In this document: one piece after another, positions 8,732 through 18,763 of the stretch
Numbering within the stretch: the first letter of the stretch is position 1
How the letters are laid out: each line of letters opens with the position of its first letter
Origin: Chthonomonadaceae bacterium
GTDB lineage: Bacteria > Armatimonadota > Chthonomonadetes > Chthonomonadales > Chthonomonadaceae
NCBI GenBank assembly: GCA_035650735.1
Contig: DASRGZ010000123.1
Span: forward strand, 1 to 57,519
Length of the DNA stretch: 57,519 nucleotides
Direction: 5' to 3'
The notes under the pieces: model-generated
The model's input: the letters and a program-made list of their open reading frames with translations, nothing else
Told to the model about the DNA's origin: nothing
Database searches by the model: none
Position numbers and translations under genes: made by a program

Positions 8732-9760
8732 TTAACGGTTCACCTCGCGCCAGGCCAGTTCCGCCGCGCCCATGATGCCCGCGTCGTCGCCAAGTTCGGC
8801 GCGGACGATTTTGGCCGAGGCGAAAATGGAGCCGATGGCGCTGGCCCGCGCCGTGCGTATCGCGTTCTGGAAGAGCGTTCTCGACTGCGAGATTTTACCG
8901 CCGAGCACGACGACCTCCGGGTTAAAGACGTTGACCATCGTGGCGATGCCCAGGCCGACGTAGTGGCCCGTCTCCTCCAGGACCTCAATGGCGAGCGCGT
9001 CGCCCGCCTCCGCCGCCTCATCCACCCGCTGCGGCGTCAAATATTGTTGCAGGGCATCCGGGCCGGTGACATACCTCCACATCAGCGAGTCGCGGCCCGA
9101 CTCTAGCTTCAACGCGGCCCGCTCGCTGATAGCATCCCGCGCCGCCAGCGTCTCCAGGCGGCCATGCGGCCCGTTGAGGCTGCCGCCGGTGCGGTCGGCG
9201 ATGATGATGTGGCCGACTTCGGCCGCGCCGCCGGTTGCCCCGCGCAGCACCTGCCCCTCGACGATGATGCCGCCGCCGATGCCCGTGCCCAGCGTGAACA
9301 TGACCAGATGGCGCGTACCCCGTCCGGCCCCGTAGCGGAACTCGCCCAGCGCCGCGACGTTGGCATCGTTGTCCATGATCACCGCCAGACCCAACTCCTG
9401 CTCCAGCAGGTCGCGCAGCGGCACGTTCTTATAGGGCACGTACTGCCCCTCCTCGTAGTCGCCGAAGTTGGGCGCCCAGCGCACCATGCCGTTAGGCACG
9501 TCAATATGGCCCGGCACGGCGATGCCGACGGCCCCGACATCCTCCAAGCGGACGTTAGCGTTGGCAGCGGCGCTGCGCACGGCCTCGGCGATTCGGGCGA
9601 CGGTGCGCGCCGCACCCGACTTGGCGTCCGAGGGATTTTCGGCGCGGCCCAGGGACTTTTCGTTTGTATCGAGCACGGCGGCGCGCACGTTGGTGCCGCC
9701 CAGGTCAACGCCCACGACATAGGGCGCGTTTGCTTTCGGTTGCACGTGGGAATTGCTCAC
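8732..9760 (-). CDS. ROK-family sugar kinase (glucokinase-like)
   Basis: GVDLGGTN, DNDANVAALGE, TLGTGIGGG, AAEVGH; GTG 9760 with GGAGG RBS. Confidence 0.92.
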   Translation of the reverse strand: MSNSHVQPKANAPYVVGVDLGGTNVRAAVLDTNEKSLGRAENPSDAKSGAARTVARIAEAVRSAAANANVRLEDVGAVGIAVPGHIDVPNGMVRWAPNFGDYEEGQYVPYKNVPLRDLLEQELGLAVIMDNDANVAALGEFRYGAGRGTRHLVMFTLGTGIGGGIIVEGQVLRGATGGAAEVGHIIIADRTGGSLNGPHGRLETLAARDAISERAALKLESGRDSLMWRYVTGPDALQQYLTPQRVDEAAEAGDALAIEVLEETGHYVGLGIATMVNVFNPEVVVLGGKISQSRTLFQNAIRTARASAIGSIFASAKIVRAELGDDAGIMGAAELAWREVNR

Positions 9761-9834
9761 GCAGGTTCCTCCAGAGGTCAATGAGTTAATGGCACGGAGA
9801 AAAGGGGAGCGACGCGGGAATCGCTGCCTGCGAA

Positions 9835-9863
9835 AGTATAGCCGAGGGGTGGAGGTTTGTCAA
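9835..9863 (-). promoter_or_regulatory. Putative sigma70 promoter of ROK kinase operon
   Basis: Minus strand TTGACA-17 bp-TATACT. Confidence 0.7.
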
Positions 9864-9897
9864 TACTGTGCGTTGTCTCCTCAAACAGTATATCGCT

Positions 9898-11055
9898 TCA
9901 AGCCGGCTCTGATTTCCTGTTGCTGGCCTGGATTGCGTAGGCGTGTTGGGCGGCGGCGTAGACGACTTTGACGGGGACGCTGTGGGCGAGCGCGGTGGCT
10001 TTGACGTCCTCGTATTCCGGGGAGGTGGTGGTCTCCGTGCCCTGCCAACTGCCGATCTTGATGCGGATAGGGCCGTAAGGGGTTTGTACCGTCTCCCAGC
10101 GGCGGTCGAGAGTGAGGCGCTGCATGGTGGTATGGCGGATTCCGAGCGTGGTCGTCTCGGTGAAGAGCACCTGCGCGACCGCTTCCATCTGCTCCGGCGG
10201 CGCAAGAACAGTCAGAAGGGTAGCAGGGCGGCTCTTCTTCATCTGGATAGGCGCGAGGAACACATCCACCGCGCCCGTCGCCAGCAGCCGCTCCATCAGC
10301 ACCTCATAAAACTCCGGCGAGAAGTCATCCAGGTTCGTCTCAATCACCGCTACCGTTGCAGGCGGGCTATCTGGCGGAGGTGAGGGCGGCGTTGCGGCCT
10401 GCGCCTCTTCTTTTCTCTGGTGTAAGGTGTCGGGACTTTGCCCTTTTCCCTCGGATGACGGCGTATGGTCTACCGGCTCGTCCCGCAGGAGGGCGATAGC
10501 ATGCGGTAAGAGGGGCAGCAGGACGTCCAGGCCGTCGCGCACGCCGCCGGGACTGCCGGGCAGGTTGACGATGAGCGTGCGCCCGTGAATGCCCGCCACA
10601 CCCCGCGAGAGTACGGCTCGCGGGAACTTCTGATAGCCCGTCCAGCGCAGCAGTTCCGCCAGGCCGGGTGCATCTCGTTCGATGACGCGGCGCGTCGCCT
10701 CCGGCGTGACATCACGGGGCGCAAAGCCCGTGCCGCCCGTCGTCAGGATGACATCGCAGCGCCCGCCGCACCAGCGGAACAGCATCTCCACAATGGCCTC
10801 TGTCTCATCTGGCACGATGGCCCGCTCTGTAATCTGGTAGCCGTTGGCTTCCAGCGTCTCCGCCAGGATGCGTCCGGAAGTATCTTCCCGCTCGCCCCGC
10901 GCGCACCCATCGCTGACCGTCAGCACGCCGGCCCGTAAAACCGGTTGGACGCGGGAAGCGGCGTCTCTATTGCCCCCTTCTGAGGGAACCGTACTTGCCT
11001 CTTGCGGCGTGGGCGGCTCCTGCGGGTTCACATGCTCAGGCTTCTTCTTGTTCAT
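9898..11055 (-). CDS. Fusion of MoaB/MogA molybdopterin adenylyltransferase and LarC C-terminal (nickel insertase) domain
   Basis: N-half LTVSD..GEREDTSG..TTGGTGFAPRDVTPEA..NLPGSP; C-half ETNLDD..PIQMKKSRP..ETTTLGIR..PEYED; Pro-rich linker. Confidence 0.88.
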   Translation of the reverse strand: MNKKKPEHVNPQEPPTPQEASTVPSEGGNRDAASRVQPVLRAGVLTVSDGCARGEREDTSGRILAETLEANGYQITERAIVPDETEAIVEMLFRWCGGRCDVILTTGGTGFAPRDVTPEATRRVIERDAPGLAELLRWTGYQKFPRAVLSRGVAGIHGRTLIVNLPGSPGGVRDGLDVLLPLLPHAIALLRDEPVDHTPSSEGKGQSPDTLHQRKEEAQAATPPSPPPDSPPATVAVIETNLDDFSPEFYEVLMERLLATGAVDVFLAPIQMKKSRPATLLTVLAPPEQMEAVAQVLFTETTTLGIRHTTMQRLTLDRRWETVQTPYGPIRIKIGSWQGTETTTSPEYEDVKATALAHSVPVKVVYAAAQHAYAIQASNRKSEPA

Positions 11056-11355
11056 CTGTTCTTATTTTTCTCCTATAGTACCCTTTGTGGTCCAATCGGG
11101 AGAATTGGAGAAATAGATACCTTGGGATTTTACTCCATCCCTATATTTCTCCTCTCGCGTGGCGCGGAATTTGCCTAGATAGCTCTTTGCTGATCCCTTT
11201 TCAGCCCAAAATCACAGAAATGGGGAACTTCTCCGCGCGCCTCCTCGTCTGCTTCGAGTGCGTCTCCCGGTTAACCTATCGGAAGCCAACCGTAGACAGG
11301 AAGCATCCTGGCTAACTCCGCGCGCGGAGTGTATCCCAACACGAGGAGGCAACCA

Positions 11356-12570
11356 ATGACCCTGCCGCTCCTTCCGAGCTTTATCATCGCCGGGTTCGAG
11401 TGCTCCACTCCGATCAACCGTGACTATCGCCGTATTGATGAATTAGCTCTGACACAGCACGACCGTTACGTGCATGAGGACTATCGCCGCCTGAGCGAGC
11501 TTGGAATTTGCGCCGCGCGCGATGGGGTCCGTTGGAACCTGGTTGACCAGCGCGGCCATCTCGATTTCTCCTCCGTCCTTCCCTTTCTGGAAGCGGCCAG
11601 AGCGGAAGGCATCACCGTAGTCTGGGATCTATTCCACTACGGCTATCCTGACGATCTGGATCCCTTTGAGGACGACTTCATCGTTCGCTTTGCTGACTAC
11701 TGTTATGCCTTCGCCCGCCTGGCAGCCCGGCATAGCGACGCCATTCCCTTCTATACGCCGGTCAACGAGATCAGCTATTTTGCCTGGGCGGGCGGCGATC
11801 AGGGGCTGTTCGCACCCCACGCGCGAGGACGCGGCCCGGAACTGAAGCGCCAGTTGACGCGCGCCTCCATTGCCGGCATGGACGCTATTCTCGCCGTGGA
11901 CCCGCGCGCCCGGTTCGTCCATTGCGACCCGCTCGTCCACGTGGTGGCCCCCGCCGACGCGCCGCATCTGGCAGGCGAGGCGGAGTACTTCAATTACCAT
12001 TTCGTCCACGAAGCCTGGGATATGCTTGCCGGCATTAAGGCGCCCGAACTCGGCGGCAACCCGCGCTACCTGGATATCATCGGCGCCAACTACTACGGCA
12101 TTAATCAGTGGGAGCATCAGCGCCCGAACAGTGTGCTGGCCCCGGACGATCCCCGTCGCGTGCCGTTTGCCGAGTTGCTGAAACGCCTCTACGCGCGCTA
12201 CCGCAGGCCCATTATCGTTTCCGAGACCTCCAGCCAGGGAGAGCTGCGCGCCGGCTGGCTGCGGGAGATAGGCGAAGAGTGCCTGCACGCGCTGGATAGC
12301 GGCGTGGACCTGCACGGCCTGTGCATCTATCCTGTGATGGATATGTTTGAGTGGCATGAGCACGCCGGGGAGCCGCTGCGCATGGGCCTCTGGGAGCTCT
12401 GCCGCGCCGATCACGATCATGCGTGCCTGGAGCGTATCGCCCACGAGCCTGCCGTCTGTGAGATACGTCGGCTGCAAGCGCGCGCGCAAAGGCGCCTGGC
12501 CTACCATCACGGCCATTCCTCGACGCTGCGCCGACAGGAGGCGAAACCGCATACCCTTCGGAGAAACTAG
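11356..12570 (+). CDS. GH1-like beta-glycosidase
   Basis: AGFECST, WDLFHYGYP, TPVNEIS (acid/base), VSETS (nucleophile); ATG 11356 after GAGGAGG. Confidence 0.82.
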   Translation: MTLPLLPSFIIAGFECSTPINRDYRRIDELALTQHDRYVHEDYRRLSELGICAARDGVRWNLVDQRGHLDFSSVLPFLEAARAEGITVVWDLFHYGYPDDLDPFEDDFIVRFADYCYAFARLAARHSDAIPFYTPVNEISYFAWAGGDQGLFAPHARGRGPELKRQLTRASIAGMDAILAVDPRARFVHCDPLVHVVAPADAPHLAGEAEYFNYHFVHEAWDMLAGIKAPELGGNPRYLDIIGANYYGINQWEHQRPNSVLAPDDPRRVPFAELLKRLYARYRRPIIVSETSSQGELRAGWLREIGEECLHALDSGVDLHGLCIYPVMDMFEWHEHAGEPLRMGLWELCRADHDHACLERIAHEPAVCEIRRLQARAQRRLAYHHGHSSTLRRQEAKPHTLRRN

Positions 12571-12576
12571 CGCCCC

Positions 12577-13869
12577 ATGAACCGCCAGCGTCCCGTCCTG
12601 CCCCGCCCCTCGGCGTCGCCGGGTTCCACCGATTTTGTGTGGGCCACCGGCATTGAGGACACCTTCATCAGCCAGCCTAATCCCCGTACCGGGCGTATCA
12701 TGGACGAATACGCGCTCACGCAGCACTATGACCACTGGCAGGAAGACCTGAGTTTGATCGCCGCGTTAGGCGTCCCCGCCGCCCGGTACGGCATTCCCTG
12801 GTATCGCGTGGAGCCGCAGCCCGGCACGTTCGACTGGAGCTGGACGGATCAGGTGCTGCCCGCGCTGGTCAATCAATACGGCGTCGAACCGATTGTGGAC
12901 CTGATGCATTACGGCACGCCCGCCTGGCTGGAAGGCTCTTTCCTCTCCTCCGAATATCCCGACCGCGTTGCCGAATATGCGCGGGCCTTTGCCGCCCACT
13001 ACAAGGGCCTCTGCTACTGGTATACCCCGCTCAACGAGCCGCGAGTCAATGCCTGGTACGCGGCGCGGCTGGGCTGGTGGCCGCCCTATCGGCGGACGTG
13101 GAGCGACTTCGCTGCCGTCCTGGTCGCCCTCTCACGCGGCATCGTGGAAACCCAGCGCGCCGTTGCCGAGATCGAGCCGCAGGCCGTGTTCGTGCATGTA
13201 GACGCCACAGACCTCTACAAAACCGCTGACGCCTCGCTGGTCGAAGAGCAGACGCTGCGGCAGGAACTGGTCTTCTGCGCGCTCGATCTGGTGCAGGGCC
13301 GCGTGGATGAGACGCATCCGCTCTCTGGCTGGCTGCGCAAGCACAGCATCTCGGTCGAGTCGCTGGAATGGTTCCGGCGGCATCCGGTGCAGCCGGACAT
13401 CATCGGATACAATATGTATCCGATGTTCAGCGAAAAGCACGTCCTGCGTGCGGCCAATGGGGGCGTGGAGGTCAAGATCAAGCCCTGCTGGGTAGAAACC
13501 TTTACCGAGCTGACCCGGATGTACGCCCGGCGCTATGGCCTGCCGGTGATGTGTACGGAGACGGCCAGCACCGGCCTGCCCAGCAAGCGCATCCGCTGGA
13601 TTGAGGATTCGGTGGAGAGCGTCTATCGTCTGCGCGCCGAAGGGGTTCCCGTCGTCGGCTACACCTACTGGCCGCTGTTCTCGCTGGTCGCCTGGCCCTA
13701 TCAGCGCGGCAAGCTGCCCTTTGAGGAGTACCTCATCCATATGGGCCTCTGGGATCTGCGGGAAGACCCGGAGCATCCCGGCAACCTGCGCCGCGTCCGC
13801 ACCAAGACCGTGGATGCCTACAAGCAGGTCGTCGCTTCGCCCGTCCCTCCGCTTGCCAGCAGCGCATAG
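12577..13869 (+). CDS. GH1-family glycoside hydrolase
   Basis: WATGIE, HYDHWQEDL, RYGIPWYRVEP, TPLNEP, CTETA, VVGYTYW. Confidence 0.87.
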   Translation: MNRQRPVLPRPSASPGSTDFVWATGIEDTFISQPNPRTGRIMDEYALTQHYDHWQEDLSLIAALGVPAARYGIPWYRVEPQPGTFDWSWTDQVLPALVNQYGVEPIVDLMHYGTPAWLEGSFLSSEYPDRVAEYARAFAAHYKGLCYWYTPLNEPRVNAWYAARLGWWPPYRRTWSDFAAVLVALSRGIVETQRAVAEIEPQAVFVHVDATDLYKTADASLVEEQTLRQELVFCALDLVQGRVDETHPLSGWLRKHSISVESLEWFRRHPVQPDIIGYNMYPMFSEKHVLRAANGGVEVKIKPCWVETFTELTRMYARRYGLPVMCTETASTGLPSKRIRWIEDSVESVYRLRAEGVPVVGYTYWPLFSLVAWPYQRGKLPFEEYLIHMGLWDLREDPEHPGNLRRVRTKTVDAYKQVVASPVPPLASSA

Positions 13870-13902
13870 TCAATAAACTAAGCTTTTCCCACAGCCTCCA
13901 GT

Positions 13903-14212
13903 GCCGGGCGCTGAAAGTGCCCGTCTGTAGGGCGGCTATGCCGCCAACCGTCCTGCGGACGGGAAAACGGGCCTATCGGCAAGTGGCTGCCTTCGTAGAG
14001 AGGGAAGACCCTTCCGCAACGGGGCGTCCGCCAGTCGCAAGGCAGAACCGTGCCGCCAGGCGGCGGGGTGTGGCAAGGTGTCGCAAGGCGGAGGCAGGGG
14101 CCGTACCCTTGCCGACCCTGGCAGTCCGTTGAGGCCCGACCCTGGCAGTGGTAGCGCCGTCCCTTGCAGTCGCTTGGCCGCAGGCCCTAGAGACGGGTAA
14201 TTTATTGCCCGG
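13903..14212. repeat. REPIN-like palindromic element interrupted by a 136-bp cluster of 45-bp units (14035-14170)
   Basis: Arms match the uninterrupted copy at 32057-32191. Confidence 0.88.
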
Positions 14213-14358
14213 TTGGATGTGGGCCAGACGGGTCATTCATGGCCCGGCGTCGAGTGCGGGAAACGGAATGCCCCTGCCGTATTGGCCTGGGCGCAGGAAC
14301 CTGTCCTCCGCCGATGGAATAGATACCGGCACCCGATTGGGAGCGCAATCGAGAAAGG

Positions 14359-17300
14359 ATGGACCGAAGTTTGATGCAATGGCGAAGCGCACGCGCGCTG
14401 TGGGTGGTCCTGGCGCTTTTGCTGGGCGCAGGCGCGTCGGCAGCCGCCCGCCAGCCGCAGCCGAGGCAGCCGGGAAAATCGGCGGCGCCTGCGGCAGCGT
14501 TGCGTTCCTTGCTCTACGGCGTCAACGTCGTCTGGGGCGACAACGGCGGCAATGCGGGCTGGGATCGGAACGGGGAGGCCAGAGCCAGGCGGCTGATGGC
14601 CTTGATGAAGGCGGCGGGAGTCACCAACACGCGAATCGGCATCGGGTGGGCGGACGTCGAGCGCGTGCGCGGTAAATACGATTGGCGCGGCACCGATAAG
14701 CTCCTGCATTTCCTGAAGGGACAGGGTTTCGTGCTTACCTGCGTCGTGGACGTGATCCCGGACTGGGCCAACGATCCCGATCCGGCGGTGCGCAAGCTGT
14801 TTGCCGACCGGGGCGTTGCTAATCTGATGGGGGTGATGGCCCCCGCGCCGCCGTTCTACGCAGATTTCGGACGGTTTGCCTACCAGTTGGGCAGACGCTA
14901 CAAGGACATTGTCCACCGTTGGGAGCTCTGGAACGAGCCGGACGGCATGGGGATGCCCTGGGTGGTTCGGGACGCCAGTGGGAAGCCGGTAGACATCCGC
15001 TATGGCGGCGATCCCGCCGTCTATGCAAGGCTGCTCCGGATCTTTGCCGCCAACATCAAGCGCGCCGACCCGACGTGCCTGGTGGCTGTGGGCGGGCTGG
15101 CGACCGCGCGCACCGACTTCCTGCAAGCCCTCTATGCCAACGGCGGGCGCGGCGCCTTCGACGCCGTCTGTCTCCATCCCTACAACGGCCCGCGCCCCAT
15201 CGCCTTCGATTGGATAGACGCCTGCCGTCAGGTGCTGCTGGCGCATGGCGACGGGCGCAAGAAGTTCTGGCTGACCGAATGGGGTTGGAGCACCTATCCG
15301 GGCGAGCCGGGCGGCATCGTCGAGGGGCAGCAGGCCAGGCTGCTCCGCGCCTCCTTTGCGGGGATGCGCGAGCGGCCTTTCATCGAGCAGGCCAGCTACC
15401 ATACGCTCAACGACTGGCGCACGCAGGAGTCCGATCCGCTCAGCCTGGTCAGCATGGGGCTGTGCACGCGCGACCTGACGCCCAAGCCCTCCTACGCCGC
15501 GTTCCAGGCCGAAGCGCGCGGGCTGCCTCTAGCGCAGGGCAAGTCCTCCCGGATCGCGCTGGTGGCGGGCTGGCCGGAGGAGGCAAATGCCGCCGTCCAT
15601 CTGGATATCTATTCGGGCGGCGTCACCGGCGCGCTGCCCCGGATCGGGCGCGGCCTGGCGCCGGAAACGAGCTCCAAAAGCCATCTGTCCGCGCAGGAGG
15701 ATCTGGCGCTGCGCCTGAAGTCCTCCGGGGCGGCGCTGGTGCGCGTGGCGCCCTTCCGCGCGCCCGACACGCTCACGGCGGCTCCGGACGGCACGCCGGT
15801 GGTGCGCTGGGCGGCGGCGGACGCCGCGCTGCTGGCGGTGGCGCAGGCGGGCGGCGAGTCCATCCTGGAGCTGACGCCGCCGCGCTCTCTGTCGCCGTCC
15901 GCCTGGAGCGCGTTTGTAACGCAGGCCGTGCGCCGCTACGGGACGGAGGCGAAATACCGCGTGGCGCGGTGGGAGTTTGGCGGGGCGGCGGCGGACGCCC
16001 GGCGCTGGTACGGGTCTTTCGCGCAGGCGGTGCGCGCCGCCCTGCCAACCACGCCCGTCGGCTTCTGTCTCATGGAGGGCGATCCCGTTGTCGGCGCGCG
16101 CGCCCTGGCGGAACTCTGCGCGGGCGGCACCACGCCCTGCGATTCGTTTGCCTGGCGCACGACGGGCGGCGCAACGCAGGAGGCGCAGACGCTGCGCCGC
16201 ATTCGGGCTATCCTGGCCGGCTATCCGGCGCTCAAATCGGTCACCCTCTGGCCGACTCTGGACATCGGCGCGGGAGGCGCCCTGGATTTCGCCGCGACGG
16301 CGCAGTTTGTGGCCCTGGCGGCGCGCATGGCCGATTTCGCGCCCGCCAACCAGCCCAACGCGCTGGGCGGAGTGCTGGCGGCTTCCGAGGCGGCGCCTCT
16401 CTGGAACGCGCTCACGCTCACGAATCGGGTTGCGGGCGCGCGGCTGCGTGCGGAGAGCGATGAGGGCGGCGTGCGCTGCCTGGCGTCGCGCGCCACCGAC
16501 GGAACGATCACGGCGCTGGTCTGGCGGGAGGACGGCGCAGAGGCTGGAGAACTGCGAACGGCGCTGCGCCTGCACGGCTTGCCGCGCCGCGCGCCGGGTG
16601 GCTGGCGGATGGAGCAGTTCCTGGTGGATGCCACGCACAGCAGCGGCACGACGGCTGTAGGCTCCGAACAGAGCGCCGGGGCCGACGAAGGCGCTCTAGA
16701 GCGCGTGGCGCTGGCCGATTTGCCGGGCGCAGCCGCACAGGGCGATATTGAATTGCCGCTGGTTCTGATGCCGGATGCCGTGACCCTGATCACGCTCAAG
16801 CCGCGCCGCCCGACGCCCGTGCAGGTCTCGCTCTCCGTGCTGTCGGGCGTTCACCTGAGCGGCGACTCACTAGAACTGCTCGTTACCCTGCGCAATACGA
16901 CCCATGCCGTGCAGCGCGCCGACGTGCAGCTGGTCGGCTCCCTGCCTGGGCTGGTGCCTCCGAGGCTGTTCAAGACCTCGGTGGCGCCGCTGGCTCCTGG
17001 AGTCATCAAGGCCGTGCGCTATCGCCTGCGCGTTCCCGCCGTGTGGCAGGATACCTATGCCTTCCTGAACGCGCTGGTGGGAGGAGAGAGCCGGGGCGCG
17101 CTGGCCGTGAAGCTGGAGACGCCGCTGGCGGCGACACTGGAGACGTCCCGTGTGGATCTGAACGGGCCGGGCGGGAAGGCGACCGTCCGCGTGCGCCTCG
17201 TCAATCGCGCCCCAGGATGGATGCCGTTGACGCTGCGCACGTCCGGCAGCCGCACGGCAGATCGCTTTGAGGCGCCGGGCGGCGGCAAGCCGGTGGTACG

Positions 17301-18039
17301 GGATGTGGAGGTCTCCGCGCCCGCGTCCGATCCCGGCAACTATCCGGTGACGATTGGCATCGAGGGCCGGGAGGGGCTATTGGCGCGGCTGCGCGTGACG
17401 GTGGGCGTTCCGGTTCTGTGCCGCTATGCCGCGCTCTCGCCCAGGATTGACGGCGACCTGCGCGAGTGGGCCGATGCCGACCCAATAGGCATGGGACGTC
17501 CGGATCAGGCGCATGGGAAAGAGTGGCGCGGGCCCGCCGACGTATCCGCCTACGCCTACGCCAAGTGGGATGAAAAGTACTTCTACCTCGCCTGCGCGGT
17601 CACCGACGACGTGCCGTTCCAGCCCTATCCGGCGGCAGAGCTGTGGCGCGGCGATTCGGTGCAGTTCGCCCTCTCTGCCGACCGCAGCGCTCCGTCGGAC
17701 CGCGTGGGCTACGGCCCCGGCGACCATGAGTTCGGTCTGGCCCTGCTCAACGGCACGCAGCCGATTCTCTACCGTTTCGCCGGTCCTCCCCGCACCGCGC
17801 CTGGCCCCGTTGCGCGCGGCGTCGTGGTCGCCCGCCGTCTCGGCACGCGCACCTATTACGAGGCGGCGATCCCCTGGTCGGAGTTGGCGCCGGCGACCCC
17901 ACAGCCTGGGACGGTGCTGGGCTTTTCAATCGTGGTCAACGATAACGATGGCCAGGAACGCGGGTACATGGAGTGGGGTGGGGGCATCGCCGGGGCCAAG
18001 CGTCCCGGCCTGTTTCCGCCGCTGCGCCTGGTGCGCTGA
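14359..18039 (+). CDS. Secreted multidomain glycoside hydrolase (clan GH-A, GH39/GH5-like) with C-terminal CBM9-like domain
   Basis: Signal peptide; WELWNEPD and WLTEWGW; C-terminal PRIDGDLREW..KWDEKYFYLA..VTDD..YEAAIPW..VNDNDG. Confidence 0.82.
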   Translation: MDRSLMQWRSARALWVVLALLLGAGASAAARQPQPRQPGKSAAPAAALRSLLYGVNVVWGDNGGNAGWDRNGEARARRLMALMKAAGVTNTRIGIGWADVERVRGKYDWRGTDKLLHFLKGQGFVLTCVVDVIPDWANDPDPAVRKLFADRGVANLMGVMAPAPPFYADFGRFAYQLGRRYKDIVHRWELWNEPDGMGMPWVVRDASGKPVDIRYGGDPAVYARLLRIFAANIKRADPTCLVAVGGLATARTDFLQALYANGGRGAFDAVCLHPYNGPRPIAFDWIDACRQVLLAHGDGRKKFWLTEWGWSTYPGEPGGIVEGQQARLLRASFAGMRERPFIEQASYHTLNDWRTQESDPLSLVSMGLCTRDLTPKPSYAAFQAEARGLPLAQGKSSRIALVAGWPEEANAAVHLDIYSGGVTGALPRIGRGLAPETSSKSHLSAQEDLALRLKSSGAALVRVAPFRAPDTLTAAPDGTPVVRWAAADAALLAVAQAGGESILELTPPRSLSPSAWSAFVTQAVRRYGTEAKYRVARWEFGGAAADARRWYGSFAQAVRAALPTTPVGFCLMEGDPVVGARALAELCAGGTTPCDSFAWRTTGGATQEAQTLRRIRAILAGYPALKSVTLWPTLDIGAGGALDFAATAQFVALAARMADFAPANQPNALGGVLAASEAAPLWNALTLTNRVAGARLRAESDEGGVRCLASRATDGTITALVWREDGAEAGELRTALRLHGLPRRAPGGWRMEQFLVDATHSSGTTAVGSEQSAGADEGALERVALADLPGAAAQGDIELPLVLMPDAVTLITLKPRRPTPVQVSLSVLSGVHLSGDSLELLVTLRNTTHAVQRADVQLVGSLPGLVPPRLFKTSVAPLAPGVIKAVRYRLRVPAVWQDTYAFLNALVGGESRGALAVKLETPLAATLETSRVDLNGPGGKATVRVRLVNRAPGWMPLTLRTSGSRTADRFEAPGGGKPVVRDVEVSAPASDPGNYPVTIGIEGREGLLARLRVTVGVPVLCRYAALSPRIDGDLREWADADPIGMGRPDQAHGKEWRGPADVSAYAYAKWDEKYFYLACAVTDDVPFQPYPAAELWRGDSVQFALSADRSAPSDRVGYGPGDHEFGLALLNGTQPILYRFAGPPRTAPGPVARGVVVARRLGTRTYYEAAIPWSELAPATPQPGTVLGFSIVVNDNDGQERGYMEWGGGIAGAKRPGLFPPLRLVR

Positions 18040-18763
18040 GGGAGGCTATGGGCAGAGGAACCTCTCATATTCTGCCGGGCGTTGATGGGCCCGACTCAAC
18101 AAGCGGTTTCTGGGGGCAATAGGGGTGGGTAGGCGGGCGCGAGGGCTGACGCTGTCGTAACGCGCGGGGAGTCGGGACAGCGGAGACGGGCAATGAAGAG
18201 AAAACATCTCCGTATGCTCCTCTTCATCGCAGATAGGCCACCGCCTCGTGAGCGCTCCAGCCTAGTCTCCTTACCGCCCGACTTTCGGGCGGCGTCCCGA
18301 TCCGCGCAGTCCGCAGCGTCAGCTGGGTCCTCGCGCCAGGCATACCCTGGTGGTCGGCGCTATCGGAGAAACCGATCCACCCTCGCGTTCCTATTACCGC
18401 GCGCTGGCGAAGCCATCACCTCATGATGCGTGCCGGCGCTGCGTCCGAGTAGTCCGCGTGCTTCGTCGCTTCCATCCCATCCGTGGGTCTGTCGGCGAAC
18501 CCGCTACTGATTATCGGCGGTATTCTCGCATTTCTTCTATACTGGAAGCGAAAAAATTACCGGTTCTCGCTGGAAGATGGGCAACTATGGGGCTGGCAGG
18601 GCAGTTCCGTTTTGGCAGGGATTTCGTGGTACTATAAAGAAATAGCGGCGAGGCGAATCCGCCCGGAACCAGATTCGTGGCAGCGCTCCATCTCAGCGCC
18701 CTGGGACGCAGCCAGGGCCGATCTTTCGCGCCGTCGCAAAACGGCTACAGGAGGGCAGACGCA

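Noticed and set aside
13883..13898. Lone IS5-like end (reverse complement GAGGCTGTGGGAAAAG)
   Set aside because: No partner TIR or target duplication found nearby.
14035..14170. ACTGCCAGGGTCGG repeats as a mini-CRISPR array
   Set aside because: The repeats are only ~14 bp, the intervening sequences are homologous to each other and irregular in length, there are no cas genes, and nesting of 45-bp units explains the pattern.
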